From Candidatus Micrarchaeota archaeon (GTDB lineage Archaea > Micrarchaeota > Micrarchaeia > Anstonellales > Bilamarchaeaceae): DNA of 64,000 nucleotides. Where the stretch lies: positions 7,015-71,014 of the forward strand of contig JAHJCT010000024.1 of NCBI GenBank assembly GCA_018812715.1, given 5' to 3'. The position numbers and the translations under genes were made by a program. The notes beneath the pieces were generated by a model, which saw only the letters and a program-made list of their open reading frames with translations, ran no database searches and had not been told where the DNA came from. Below are positions 37,788 to 48,208 of the stretch, piece after piece (position 1 is the first letter of the stretch; each line of letters begins with the position of its first letter).

Positions 37788-38387
37788 TTAGACTCTATGA
37801 ATTCCACACGTACCTATTGTATAATCAGGGCCAACGCCAACACTCATGCCATTATTATGGAGAGTAGTTTCGCTCCCCTCATGAATATATATGGTGACGC
37901 CATTGATAAGCTGAGAGAAACAATAATTTGAGTCGTGGAATCCATCTATAGTTACACAACCCTCATCACTTATTGAAAAATGGTCTGTATTTTTAGGACC
38001 AAAGCCACTGCTTCCAGCAAAATCAATGCCGCATTGAAGAATATTTTGATGAGTTGTAGATGAAGGATCGACGCCCCTAACATCCATTACGATATAAACA
38101 TACTCCGCAGAATTAAAAATTTCTTTGAATGCTTCTTGATCAATTGCTGTTCCTGGAACAAATGTATTTTTTGGAAGATTAATGAAATAATACAAGAGAG
38201 CTATTGCAATAATCGCCAGGAGAATGAGTACAAGTGTTTTTGGAAATTTTCCTTCTTTAGGCACTTCTTGTGGTTCCTCTTCAGGTATTGTTACCTCATA
38301 TTGAATTGGTTCTTCTAAAGATTGAACTGGTTCTTCTGTGGGTTTAACCACTTTCTTTGAACGCTTCTTAGTCTTTTTTCTTGCCAT
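37788..38387 (-). CDS. Single-pass membrane protein with Cys-containing extracellular domain
   Basis: Charged N-terminus, one TM helix, 4-Cys domain. Confidence 0.75.
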   Translation of the reverse strand: MARKKTKKRSKKVVKPTEEPVQSLEEPIQYEVTIPEEEPQEVPKEGKFPKTLVLILLAIIAIALLYYFINLPKNTFVPGTAIDQEAFKEIFNSAEYVYIVMDVRGVDPSSTTHQNILQCGIDFAGSSGFGPKNTDHFSISDEGCVTIDGFHDSNYCFSQLINGVTIYIHEGSETTLHNNGMSVGVGPDYTIGTCGIHRV

Positions 38388-38391
38388 AGTA

Positions 38392-40494
38392 TCAACTAAA
38401 TAAAGCCACTAGGGGGCATGAATCATAGTAATCATTGTTTGCCTTTATTTCAGCTTTATTATTATATATGATAGAAAATTGGGGAGGTTCATTGGTAGGC
38501 GAATATTCTAATAAAAATGATGATTCAGCAGCATCCAAATTTTCAAAGCATGTGGTAGTATTTAGTGTAGTATTTGTTGCTCCGATTTGCGTACATCCGC
38601 TATTTGTGAGTTTGTAAATAGTTAGGCTCTTATTCTGATTTTCAAGTGTAGCAGCAAGACTACTTGCACATGTATTCATCACTACACCATCTGAATAAGA
38701 ACTATTTCTAAGGTCAATCATGATGGCAGTTGAATTTTTAGATTCGAATTCTGCAAGAAATTCTGGCAATGTTGCATCCGTGGATGTTTTTCCAAGGAAA
38801 AGATACATGAAAGCACTGAAACCAAGGAGTAATATTAGGATTGATAAGAATGCAGATGCTAAAACATGGCTTGTTTGTGGGATTGAGAATTGTGTTGTAG
38901 CAACAACGTAAAGGAAAAGAAGTAATGTAATGGAAGAAAGAGAAAGGAATACTAATGCAGAGAAAAGGCCAAGAGTGAAAAGACTATTTTGTGGTATTTC
39001 ACTTGGATCAATAACTTCGGTGGTTGCAGCAAAGTTGGCTATCCCAGTGTTGACATTTCTGGCAAATCCTCTGAAAAGCAGCAATACCCTGTTTGTAGGT
39101 GCATGGCTTTCAACAGATAATAACTGTTGTGCTTCCTCACCTAAATTAATATATTCTATTTCTAGATCTTTTAGTTCTTCAGTAGTGAGACCATCCCTAA
39201 ACTCAGCATCTAGATCTGAGCTTTTATTCTCAAGAATATCCAAAGATTCCATAGAAATTGGATCAAGTTCTTTTGTTTCAAGAAGTACAATGAGAGCATC
39301 AGCACTGTTTTTTGCATCACGAGTTCCATTATATATAGTTATAATTGAAATGGCTGCTTCATTAACATTAGCTATCAAAATCTCATATTCATCAAGATCA
39401 TCAGCAGTGGTTTCAAAATCCTTGTTTGTTATTTCATCAGGAATTGCCATGTGCAAAGTTTTCAATCTGCTTAGTTTTTGAGAGAGACTTATGTTAGAAA
39501 CACGGGTGTCTGCTTCTTCACCAAGAGTGATTACTTCTGTAGCTGTTTCATTGAGTGATTCTAATTTTGAAAGATATTCTTGGGCCTGTTTTTCAGTTTC
39601 CATATAGGCCATACGTTCTGTTGATTCGGTATATATATTTGTAGCTACTTCTTCATAGATATCATATGGTCCCATCTTTTCAATAAGATCGGCACTGTGT
39701 TCATCTATATCATCTAGGACTGAATCATTCAAATCAATATCAGGACAAAGACACCAATGGTCGGAATCACATAGTTTGTTTTCTGTCCAGCCAAAAAGAG
39801 AACCTTCAAGATCAGCTAGATTATTTTCTAATGTTGTAATAGAAGTTTGGGTATATTGTAAAGCACCAAGCATTTTGGATTTGTCATTTTCAGCATCATC
39901 AAACTTCTCATCAATTGTATCTAGGACTTCATCAGTACCATAACTTGCAAATCCGAATTCTTGGATTGGATCAAGTAAAAACTCTGGTGAAGAAACAGGG
40001 GGAACGCCTGAAACAGCTGAAAGGAATTGATACATAAGCATTGCCGCAGATTCACACAGTTCTTCATCATCTTCGTTTCTGCAGTATATATCTTTTGTAC
40101 CTGCTTTCACTCTCCCATCAATAAATAGCACTTCACGGCACACATATTCTTCTTTTCCTACGAATTTTTGACCATCATTTCTGCTTGCATTATATGCATC
40201 TAGTAAATCCCTTAATTCTTGAATTTCGTCCTCAGATGGATAGTATGCATTTAGATAATAATTTGAGATTATAGAGGATATTTCAGCTTGGTTTAGTAGT
40301 GGTGTCCCGTTTTCAAGAAGGAATACTTCATTCCCATCTAATGAAATTATGGAATATTGGTTTCCATTAGATGTGAAATTTGTATAAGATACCGTGACAT
40401 TTTCTTCATAAGAATAGAAAGTGTCTTCTACATTAAAGGCTGAGGACAATGCAACCAGTAGTAGGACAAAGGTTGCTGCTTTTTGGGAGGTCAT
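38392..40494 (-). CDS. Large exported helical/coiled-coil membrane protein
   Basis: Signal peptide, acidic helical ectodomain, two TM helices, C-terminal 4-Cys domain. Confidence 0.75.
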   Translation of the reverse strand: MTSQKAATFVLLLVALSSAFNVEDTFYSYEENVTVSYTNFTSNGNQYSIISLDGNEVFLLENGTPLLNQAEISSIISNYYLNAYYPSEDEIQELRDLLDAYNASRNDGQKFVGKEEYVCREVLFIDGRVKAGTKDIYCRNEDDEELCESAAMLMYQFLSAVSGVPPVSSPEFLLDPIQEFGFASYGTDEVLDTIDEKFDDAENDKSKMLGALQYTQTSITTLENNLADLEGSLFGWTENKLCDSDHWCLCPDIDLNDSVLDDIDEHSADLIEKMGPYDIYEEVATNIYTESTERMAYMETEKQAQEYLSKLESLNETATEVITLGEEADTRVSNISLSQKLSRLKTLHMAIPDEITNKDFETTADDLDEYEILIANVNEAAISIITIYNGTRDAKNSADALIVLLETKELDPISMESLDILENKSSDLDAEFRDGLTTEELKDLEIEYINLGEEAQQLLSVESHAPTNRVLLLFRGFARNVNTGIANFAATTEVIDPSEIPQNSLFTLGLFSALVFLSLSSITLLLFLYVVATTQFSIPQTSHVLASAFLSILILLLGFSAFMYLFLGKTSTDATLPEFLAEFESKNSTAIMIDLRNSSYSDGVVMNTCASSLAATLENQNKSLTIYKLTNSGCTQIGATNTTLNTTTCFENLDAAESSFLLEYSPTNEPPQFSIIYNNKAEIKANNDYYDSCPLVALFS

Positions 40495-40529
40495 CACAGT
40501 AATTTCGCTCGATCGCTTTAAATACTTTT

Positions 40530-41516
40530 TCATGACTCGCGATTAACGACATAATCAGCAACTGCAATTAAGGTATCTTTGTCTTTGGAAGGCGACAATA
40601 TTTCTAGGTAAGATTTGGCTTCCTCCACAAGGGTACACGCATGGTGATGCGCATATTCTATAGAACCATGCTTTCCCAGCAATTGAATTGCAAGGTCTAT
40701 GTCTGCTTTTTTTGTTGAGTGGGATGAAAGAATAGAAATGAGTTTGTTCTTATCAGTATTATTTGCTTTACTCAGAAAATGAACAACAATCAATGTTCTT
40801 TTTCCTTCAGAGATGTCTCCTCCTATTTCTTTCTTATATTTTTCAAAATCTCCAGTAAGATTAAGGACATCATCTTGGATTTGGAATGCTGTGCCAATTC
40901 TTTTTCCGTATTCACGTAATGCAATTCTCTCAGGCTCACCAGCACCACCGATGAATGCACCCATTTCACATGCAAGGCCAATTAGGGCAGAGGTTTTGCC
41001 ATTAATCATCTCATAATACTCTTTTTCAGTTATGTGAAATTTACTCTCTTTTGCCCACGAAAGTTCTACGCCCTGGCCATCAACAACACACTTGAAAGAA
41101 TCAGCGCATAATTTCTGTAATTCTACAAGTTCTGAAGACTCTAAATGGAGATTTATGAGTTTTTTCCAAAGAAAAGTGTAAAGTGCATCGCCAGAATTAA
41201 GGGCTATTGGTAATCCATGAGTGATGTGCAAAGCTGGTTCCCCTCTTCTGAATTGAGAATTGTCTTCAATATCATCATGAATAAGAGTAAAATTGTGGAA
41301 CAATTCCAGAACAACTGCGGGTTCTATAACACTGGTGTAATGGCCGCCTACAGCACCACATGATAACAATGCTAATGCTGGCCGTATTCTTTTTCCACCG
41401 CGCTTCAGAAAAGCAGGCAACATACCATAGATGCGTTCATCTTCTCGGCGGAGTTCTAATTGCATAATACTTTCAATATCATTAAGATATGGTTTAATGT
41501 GAGAATATAATGCCAT
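40530..41516 (-). CDS. Polyprenyl diphosphate synthase (GGPP synthase family)
   Basis: GGKRIRP, HDDIED..RRG, GQ, KT, FQIQDDVL. Confidence 0.95.
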   Translation of the reverse strand: MALYSHIKPYLNDIESIMQLELRREDERIYGMLPAFLKRGGKRIRPALALLSCGAVGGHYTSVIEPAVVLELFHNFTLIHDDIEDNSQFRRGEPALHITHGLPIALNSGDALYTFLWKKLINLHLESSELVELQKLCADSFKCVVDGQGVELSWAKESKFHITEKEYYEMINGKTSALIGLACEMGAFIGGAGEPERIALREYGKRIGTAFQIQDDVLNLTGDFEKYKKEIGGDISEGKRTLIVVHFLSKANNTDKNKLISILSSHSTKKADIDLAIQLLGKHGSIEYAHHHACTLVEEAKSYLEILSPSKDKDTLIAVADYVVNRES

Positions 41517-41548
41517 TGTTTAACCTCTTTCTATAAAGTATTTAAAAA

Positions 41549-41848
41549 TCAGATCCTTTTAGAGTAGCCGCATTCGCAATTTATCCGTAAATAGTGATTT
41601 CTCTTATCATAAGTGACTTTGATAGTCTTATTTGGAATCCAAATAAGGAAACATTTCCTACAAAAACTATTTTTCAATTCTTTTGGTAGTTTAATCTTGT
41701 GTTTTTTAAGAAGATCAAATGCCATTTTAACATATCTTTTTGATCTGGCGGGTTGTTTCTTTTTGTAAGCGTCTCTAGCGTGATCCACGAGTTTTTTGAT
41801 TGAATCGCGTACACTTGTTTTAATAAGTTTTTTCCGCCTATTGTCCAT
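41549..41848 (-). CDS. rnp4: RNase P protein Rpp21
   Basis: SKRYVKMA...KIKLPKELKNSFCRKC...CECGYSKR. Confidence 0.85.
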   Translation of the reverse strand: MDNRRKKLIKTSVRDSIKKLVDHARDAYKKKQPARSKRYVKMAFDLLKKHKIKLPKELKNSFCRKCFLIWIPNKTIKVTYDKRNHYLRINCECGYSKRI

Positions 41849-41860
41849 GCAGTTGGTACG

Positions 41861-42694
41861 ATGGAAAACTTTATATACGATTACTTTATAGCCCCAATTT
41901 GGCAGAAAACAGGGTATAATGCGGTTAATACACTGACGTATGCGGTCATTGCTATCGCAGCCATATATCTCATTCATAGATTACTCAAAGGAAGAGTGCA
42001 AATTAACAGAGGGTTTGTACAAAGTGTGCTCGCATTTGTGTTACTTGGTTCAACAATGCGGGTAGTAACAGATTCTATAGATACTGGGGTGTTTAAACCG
42101 ATAACTCCAATTCATGAATTTGTATTAAACAGTCATTTGTTTGATTATGGATATTTGACTGTAAGCCCAGGGATATACATAGTAACTGCAGCTCTTCTTT
42201 TCATTTCTATGGCAATTTTGTATAAAATAAAAAAAATGGAATTGCTTGGATACATTGGATTAGCTTTATGGCTTCCATATTTCTTGCTTTTAGTGCCTTT
42301 CATGGAATACGCCATATTTGCCATACCAATACTAGTACTTGCTGCCGTGCCCACTTATTTTGCCGTCGTATATTTCAAGCATAAAGTGATAGCTGCCATT
42401 GTTGCTGGGCAGGCACTTGATGGAGCTGCAACATTCTTTGTCATAGATTATTTTTCCAAGATCTCGGGTATAAAATATTTTGAACAGCATGTATTTTCTT
42501 CCTTTATTGGAGATGTTCTTGATACCTACTTTACTTTCTATTTACTTAAGGCCGTGATAGCTTTTGCTGCTGCGTATGTACTTGTAAAGGAAAAAATGGA
42601 TCAAGAGGATAAGTATTACGTTGCTTTAGTATTGATGATAATGGGTTTTGCACCTGGTATTAGAGATATTTTGAGAATGGTGATTGGTGGATGA
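41861..42694 (+). CDS. DUF63 family membrane protein
   Basis: GYNAVNT..YA, GSTMRVVTD, LDGAAT, YFEQHV, GFAPGIRD. Confidence 0.88.
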   Translation: MENFIYDYFIAPIWQKTGYNAVNTLTYAVIAIAAIYLIHRLLKGRVQINRGFVQSVLAFVLLGSTMRVVTDSIDTGVFKPITPIHEFVLNSHLFDYGYLTVSPGIYIVTAALLFISMAILYKIKKMELLGYIGLALWLPYFLLLVPFMEYAIFAIPILVLAAVPTYFAVVYFKHKVIAAIVAGQALDGAATFFVIDYFSKISGIKYFEQHVFSSFIGDVLDTYFTFYLLKAVIAFAAAYVLVKEKMDQEDKYYVALVLMIMGFAPGIRDILRMVIGG

Positions 42695-43152
42695 AAAAAT
42701 ACATGAAAAACGCAATTGAGATTGCAAAAAAAGGAGTTAGAAAAGGAAACTCACCATTTGGGGCATGCATTGTAAAAGGAAAAACAGTGATTGCAGTAGC
42801 GCATAATACTGTTTTGAAAAGAAAAGATGCAACAGATCATGCAGAGATTAATGCTATTCATAAAGCATGCAAAAAACTCAGAAATCACGAACTTAGAGGA
42901 TGTACCATATATTCTACTACTGAGCCCTGCCCCATGTGTTTTTCTGCGATCCACTGGGCAAAAATTGATAAGATAGTTTTTGGGACTAAAATTGCAGATG
43001 TGAAAAAATTAGGTTTTTCTGAACTTACTATAAGTGCTGGGAAAATGAAGAAACTTGGCCGCTCAAAAGTAAAGGTAAGGGGCGATTATATGAGGAAAAA
43101 AAATCTTGAGCTTCTTAAAATGTGGGAAAAAAAGAAAGGAAAAACTTATTGA
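42691..43152 (+). CDS. Zn-dependent nucleoside/guanine deaminase
   Basis: PFGA, HAE, EPCPMC. Confidence 0.92.
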   Translation: MKKYMKNAIEIAKKGVRKGNSPFGACIVKGKTVIAVAHNTVLKRKDATDHAEINAIHKACKKLRNHELRGCTIYSTTEPCPMCFSAIHWAKIDKIVFGTKIADVKKLGFSELTISAGKMKKLGRSKVKVRGDYMRKKNLELLKMWEKKKGKTY

Positions 43153-43577
43153 ATTAGTTTTGCAAAGGCTGCTCCGCCTAGTACATATATTACAAGGTTT
43201 TCAAGTGTCCATGCAATAAGCAATCCCAATGGGAATGAAAGAAGTAAGACTGATGTTAGCGTATATGGGAGTGCTATCAAAAGGAAAAGCAACAACCCAA
43301 AGTTAACTCCTTTCATATATTCTTTGCCTGGAATGGCCTTCTTAAGCATGAAATAACCTCCAGCATAAGTCACTCCTATTGCAAAATTAACTATCAATGA
43401 TGCAACAAAAAATTCCATTCCAGGAGGGCCGTTGCTAGGCATCATAAGCTCACTCCAGTAACAGAAATATGCTGGATTAGTATAATAATCCATAGTTAGC
43501 ATAGAACCGATAGTATGCACAATAAATGCCACTATCATGAAAACCAAGCCCGAGAAAATTAATTGTTTCCAGTTCAT
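43146..43577 (-). CDS. Small 4-TM membrane protein
   Basis: Four hydrophobic helices. Confidence 0.75.
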   Translation of the reverse strand: MNWKQLIFSGLVFMIVAFIVHTIGSMLTMDYYTNPAYFCYWSELMMPSNGPPGMEFFVASLIVNFAIGVTYAGGYFMLKKAIPGKEYMKGVNFGLLLFLLIALPYTLTSVLLLSFPLGLLIAWTLENLVIYVLGGAAFAKLIQ

Positions 43578-43606
43578 GGCATGCTCTAGAAGATGAGATT
43601 TAAAAA

Positions 43607-45367
43607 TTATAGTTTTGTGGCTACGGCAAATAACAGTAGTAATGCACCCATCAGGATTAGTGGGAGGGTTATTTTTGCAACTGAAACAATGGAATTTACA
43701 GTTGAAACAATCTCTATTGATTGTTTGGCACCAAGAACATTGATATCAAACCATTGTTTATCGGAGAAAAAGGTTGCTTCCTGCATATCAGATGAAGCCT
43801 CTTTGCATCCATCAGTTATGGCAGTCAGTAAAGTCTCTTCTTCTTTAATTGGATTAAGAACACCCCGAATAATATTTGTTTGATGGGTATCTGTCGTGAA
43901 AATTCCTACTGCAAAATCACGGTTTACAGATTCACCAAGTTTCTTTACTTCTTTTTCTATCTTATTTCTGAACTCAGGAGTTATTCCATTCGAATCAATC
44001 AGAACTAAAACATATTCTGGTACTGATGAGAATATGGCAACTTTTACTCCTGCTTTTCCAAGAACATCAGAATCTACTTGGCGTGTTGCTACGCCTAATT
44101 TTAGCGATTTCGATTGGCGTTTTTTTGAAACTGCTTTGCTCAAGGCTTGCATGTAATTAAAGCCAACTTCACTACCTGGCTCAAAGCTAGTGACATCACC
44201 AGTTTCTGCATTGTGTTGATCTATAATCATTGCAGTCTCAAGTCCTTTTTCTGCTTCATGCATCATAGCAAGACCAAGGCCAAAGTTGATATCTTCAGTG
44301 ACCTTCGGCGCCCTACTAAGACCAATCATTGCAGAATTACCAAACATAAGCGCCTCGGCTTTACACTCTTCTGAGTTTGCTAAAGAAAGGGCAACTTTAA
44401 CTTTTTGATATTTGGCATTTTGTATGGATGAATCCACAGTGCCCAGTATTTTGTTTATTTCTGATGAGGAAACCGGATTAAAATCATGAGTGACTGTTCC
44501 ATGAAATACAAATGTTTTGGAATTATATTTGTTATCAATTTTTTTTGCTAAGAGATAGGAAAACTCGCTTCCGCCAAGATTGCCAAAAGGACCAAAATGA
44601 ACATACGGAGTTAGGAAGAAGATTGTGTCTTTTTTTCTTTTGAACCCCATTAGACACATTATTGTTTTTACCGGCTCGCCAACTTTTTCAAATGCCTTTT
44701 CTAAATCTTTATTATGATAGAACCATTGACTAAAGAAAAAAGACATGGCATCCGTACTACTAAGTCCAAAGCTTTTTTTCATTGGAGCATTTATGATGAA
44801 GAAGAAGATTGCCAGTGCACCTAATAAGACGAATGAAGAGAGATAAAATTTTGCTGCAACATCAATGAATGATTCAGAAGTGACATAGAAACTTGGATTG
44901 CTTAAAAGGAATATTAGATAGAAAAGAAGCTGAATAATTGCGAATACTATCGAGCGATATTTGAGAATGAAAATGAAACGTGCAATGAGATACCATATAA
45001 TGAATACTAGAGCTGAACCAACAAGAATAACAAGCTGGGCCCATACTGGGTTAACATCAGTAAGGACAAGGCCAATGCTATAAGCAAGGCAATACACTGC
45101 TTCGCCACCTAAGGCTGTACCTATTATACGCTTGAATGATAACTTTCTCATCAAAAGTTTCACAACTAGTGAGGCTAAAAGTGCGGGAATGGTAAGGAGA
45201 AGTAAACCATCAGCTATTGCATTAGGAAATTCAGCACTGTTACCTGGATTTATAATCAAACCAAAAAGTACGCCAAGTAGTATCATGGCTCCAAGCATAT
45301 GAGAGGTGGGAGGAAGACTGACAAAGTAGGAGGTAAGGTTTACCGCCCGATTTAGATTTTTGGTCAT
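43607..45367 (-). CDS. DUF2070 family membrane protein
   Basis: N-terminal TM helices, then HFGPFGNLGGS, HGTVTHD, DQHN, DSN, TTDTH. Confidence 0.9.
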   Translation of the reverse strand: MTKNLNRAVNLTSYFVSLPPTSHMLGAMILLGVLFGLIINPGNSAEFPNAIADGLLLLTIPALLASLVVKLLMRKLSFKRIIGTALGGEAVYCLAYSIGLVLTDVNPVWAQLVILVGSALVFIIWYLIARFIFILKYRSIVFAIIQLLFYLIFLLSNPSFYVTSESFIDVAAKFYLSSFVLLGALAIFFFIINAPMKKSFGLSSTDAMSFFFSQWFYHNKDLEKAFEKVGEPVKTIMCLMGFKRKKDTIFFLTPYVHFGPFGNLGGSEFSYLLAKKIDNKYNSKTFVFHGTVTHDFNPVSSSEINKILGTVDSSIQNAKYQKVKVALSLANSEECKAEALMFGNSAMIGLSRAPKVTEDINFGLGLAMMHEAEKGLETAMIIDQHNAETGDVTSFEPGSEVGFNYMQALSKAVSKKRQSKSLKLGVATRQVDSDVLGKAGVKVAIFSSVPEYVLVLIDSNGITPEFRNKIEKEVKKLGESVNRDFAVGIFTTDTHQTNIIRGVLNPIKEEETLLTAITDGCKEASSDMQEATFFSDKQWFDINVLGAKQSIEIVSTVNSIVSVAKITLPLILMGALLLLFAVATKL

Positions 45368-45400
45368 CGCTTTTTATACATTCTCAACAGTTTAAAAGAT

Positions 45401-46018
45401 ATGTCAGGTCTGATTTGCCCCAAATGCGGCAAAAAAAGTGAGGAAATCGAATTCATAGAAGCATTTTGCATAGAATGTTATCCAGTGAATATCAAATTGC
45501 CAGGTAAATTAGAGATAGAACAGTGTAGGAGATGTGAGAAAATAAAAATGAGAGGAGAATGGACACCATATAATAAGAGAAAAATAAGTGAGTATGTTGT
45601 GAGTAAGTGCAAAGGAGAGTTTGACGCTGCAGAATATGAACCTGAGAATGGTGTGATTAGATTTATTATTGAAGGGAAAAAGGAGATAAAAAGAAGAGTA
45701 GATTTAGAGATAAAAACAGTTTTGTGTACTTATTGTTCACGTGTAAGTGGCGGATATTATAAAGGAATAATTCAGTTAAGAGGAAATAGTAAAAAAATAG
45801 AAAAATATGCAGATTTTTTTCTGGAAAAATTAAGTAAGAAAACATTCATTACCAAAGCAGAGGAAAAACACGGTGGTGTTGATCTCTATGTAGGCGATTC
45901 ACGGGCGGTTGTAGAACTTGTGACAGCACTAAAACTAAAGACTTTGATGACAAAAAAACTCGTAGGCGAAGAGGCAGGAAAAAGAGTTTATAGAACGACA
46001 TTTCTCATCAGATTTTAA
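45401..46018 (+). CDS. NMD3-family Zn-finger protein
   Basis: CPKCG..FCIEC..CRRC..CTYCSRVSGGYY..IIQLR, GVDLY. Confidence 0.9.
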   Translation: MSGLICPKCGKKSEEIEFIEAFCIECYPVNIKLPGKLEIEQCRRCEKIKMRGEWTPYNKRKISEYVVSKCKGEFDAAEYEPENGVIRFIIEGKKEIKRRVDLEIKTVLCTYCSRVSGGYYKGIIQLRGNSKKIEKYADFFLEKLSKKTFITKAEEKHGGVDLYVGDSRAVVELVTALKLKTLMTKKLVGEEAGKRVYRTTFLIRF

Positions 46019-46976
46019 ATTTTTCTGGAACTTTTAATGCTTCAGGAATTGCTACGACATGGAGTACGGTACTTTTGAATCTCACCAGTAGAGCAAACAA
46101 AGCAGCTTTGGCTGGAAGGATGCCAAATAAAGAAAATACTAATGTTGCACCACCTTCGCTTAATCCTAATCCTGCAATTGTCGGCGATGGGACAAATTCA
46201 AGCATGGTAATCAAAGGCTGAAGAAAGAAATAGAAGAAAACTTCGGGGAATTGAAGATTAAGAGAAATGCCAACACTCTTGGCAGCAAAATACCAGGAAA
46301 GAGCACGAAATGTCCAGCTTATTAGTATGAGAACAATGATGTGAGGCGTTTTTTTCACCACTACATTAGAATCTTTTTGCATTCTCACTACAACATAATA
46401 GAATTGGGCGAGTATAGGTAGTTTCCCCACAAATGAAAATAGATTAAGAAATCTTTTTGAGAATAAAGTAAGTAACATTAAGATTATGACAAAACTAATG
46501 ATTATTGCGCCTGCGATAAGTACAACACCTTGATCAGGGCCAATGAAAACCATCATAATATACAAAATTGCTAATCCGCCTACAATTACTTTGAAGGCAA
46601 AATCAAAAATCTGAGGACCAAAGATAGAGAGTAAAGCTTTTGCAGAATCTACATTGTAATTATATCTCAAAGCTGCTCCAGTTGCAAAATAACCTGCACG
46701 TGATGGAGTAAAATCAGCCAACAACATACCAACAAAATGAGATTTTAAAATATCAAGAAAACGTACTCTTGCTTTAGCTTCCTCAAGAAGTATTTTGATC
46801 CTGTAAGACATTACAAGATCCATGATAAACAACGCACAAAGACTCAATAAGAGATAAATGAGATCTATTTTCCCTAATTCATCAGCAACATCTTCAATGC
46901 CAACAAAATGAAGAATGATGGCAACAAGAATAATTGAAATTACAGCATTGATAACGAGAAGTGCTTGTTTGCGCAT
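46008..46976 (-). CDS. Flippase-like / lysylphosphatidylglycerol synthase TM family protein
   Basis: FTPSRAG, P.PTIAGLGLSE motifs; multi-pass. Confidence 0.85.
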   Translation of the reverse strand: MRKQALLVINAVISIILVAIILHFVGIEDVADELGKIDLIYLLLSLCALFIMDLVMSYRIKILLEEAKARVRFLDILKSHFVGMLLADFTPSRAGYFATGAALRYNYNVDSAKALLSIFGPQIFDFAFKVIVGGLAILYIMMVFIGPDQGVVLIAGAIIISFVIILMLLTLFSKRFLNLFSFVGKLPILAQFYYVVVRMQKDSNVVVKKTPHIIVLILISWTFRALSWYFAAKSVGISLNLQFPEVFFYFFLQPLITMLEFVPSPTIAGLGLSEGGATLVFSLFGILPAKAALFALLVRFKSTVLHVVAIPEALKVPEKFKI

Positions 46977-47042
46977 ATTGATCAATTTCTATATTTTTAC
47001 CAGTAAGCTTTTTGTATATGATGTCATTGAATGCACATCCTA

Positions 47043-48092
47043 TTACTTTAGTCTAAATACTTTTGGCCTAAGAATGCCATCAGCCTCAAACTTCTCAGAT
47101 TCTATGATCCCTTTCTTTTCAAGAAGATCTAAATAATTTCTTATTTGTCTTTTTGTCTTTGGAATTTTTTTGATAAATGCATCGTATATGTCAGATGATT
47201 GAAGTTTTCCATTTTTCAAGAGTTCAAGAATCAGCAATTCTTCAGCACTAAGATTGAATTCATCTTTGTAAGATGGCTGTTCAGAAAGTATGTCTTCCAA
47301 ATCCTGAAGCATTATCTTGGCTCTCCCTGCTTTTTCTGCATGTTTGGCTGATTTCCACAAAAGACTTATGGCAATGCGAGCAGAACCATCTTCAGCAGAT
47401 CGTGCAATTTTTGCAAGCAAACGCTCATCAAAACTTGTTTTTGTAAGGGCTTTTTCTGCACGTAATTTGAGTATAGAAATTAATTCTTCTTCTGAATAAT
47501 GCTTGAACTCCATCTCAGAAAATCTTAATGAACTTCTTATTCTAGTATCCAGTTTTGAAAGAAGTTCCTTGTTATTTGAGATGCCGATTATCCCAAACAT
47601 CAGCATTTTTTCGTTTGCACGTGCAACAACGTAGAGGAGTTCCATATGGCGCAAACCATCAAGTTCATCCAAAACAAGGAGAATGGGTTTTTTGTAATTC
47701 TTTGCATATTCACAAATTTTGCTAAAAATTTCATCTGTTGCAAGTCCTCTTCTTGGCAATGGTAAACGCATCTCTTCGATTATTCTATTATAAATTGCCA
47801 TTTGAGTCTGGTTTTCCCAGCAGTTTACATAGACTGGAAGTATTGCAGTAGAATAAGAAGAGAGTTGTTTGAGAATATGTTTTATACAACATGTTTTTCC
47901 GCTGCCTGATGGTCCATGAATAAATAAATTATCTGGGGTTCTTTTTTTGATAATTGGTTTGATAGAATCTGCTATGCTTTGGAGTTCTTTATTTCGATGA
48001 ATAAGATCGTCAGGTAAATAATCAGGTAAAAGGATTTCTTCTGAGATTATTATTGAAGAATAAGTATCATTGTCGTCGAAATAATTGGACAT
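47043..48092 (-). CDS. cdc6: Cdc6/Orc1 AAA+ replication initiator family protein
   Basis: PDYLPDDLIHR, GPSGSGKT, YVNC, LVLDELD, wHTH C-terminus. Confidence 0.93.
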   Translation of the reverse strand: MSNYFDDNDTYSSIIISEEILLPDYLPDDLIHRNKELQSIADSIKPIIKKRTPDNLFIHGPSGSGKTCCIKHILKQLSSYSTAILPVYVNCWENQTQMAIYNRIIEEMRLPLPRRGLATDEIFSKICEYAKNYKKPILLVLDELDGLRHMELLYVVARANEKMLMFGIIGISNNKELLSKLDTRIRSSLRFSEMEFKHYSEEELISILKLRAEKALTKTSFDERLLAKIARSAEDGSARIAISLLWKSAKHAEKAGRAKIMLQDLEDILSEQPSYKDEFNLSAEELLILELLKNGKLQSSDIYDAFIKKIPKTKRQIRNYLDLLEKKGIIESEKFEADGILRPKVFRLK

Positions 48093-48208
48093 GTGATAGT
48101 ATAGCAGGAAAGATTTAAATGTGCGCGGAAATAGCTTATTTCCTAGGAAATCAAATTGGGAATTTTTGAGAAAGAAGAAATAAAATGCTTGTTGTTCTAG
48201 ACTAATCG

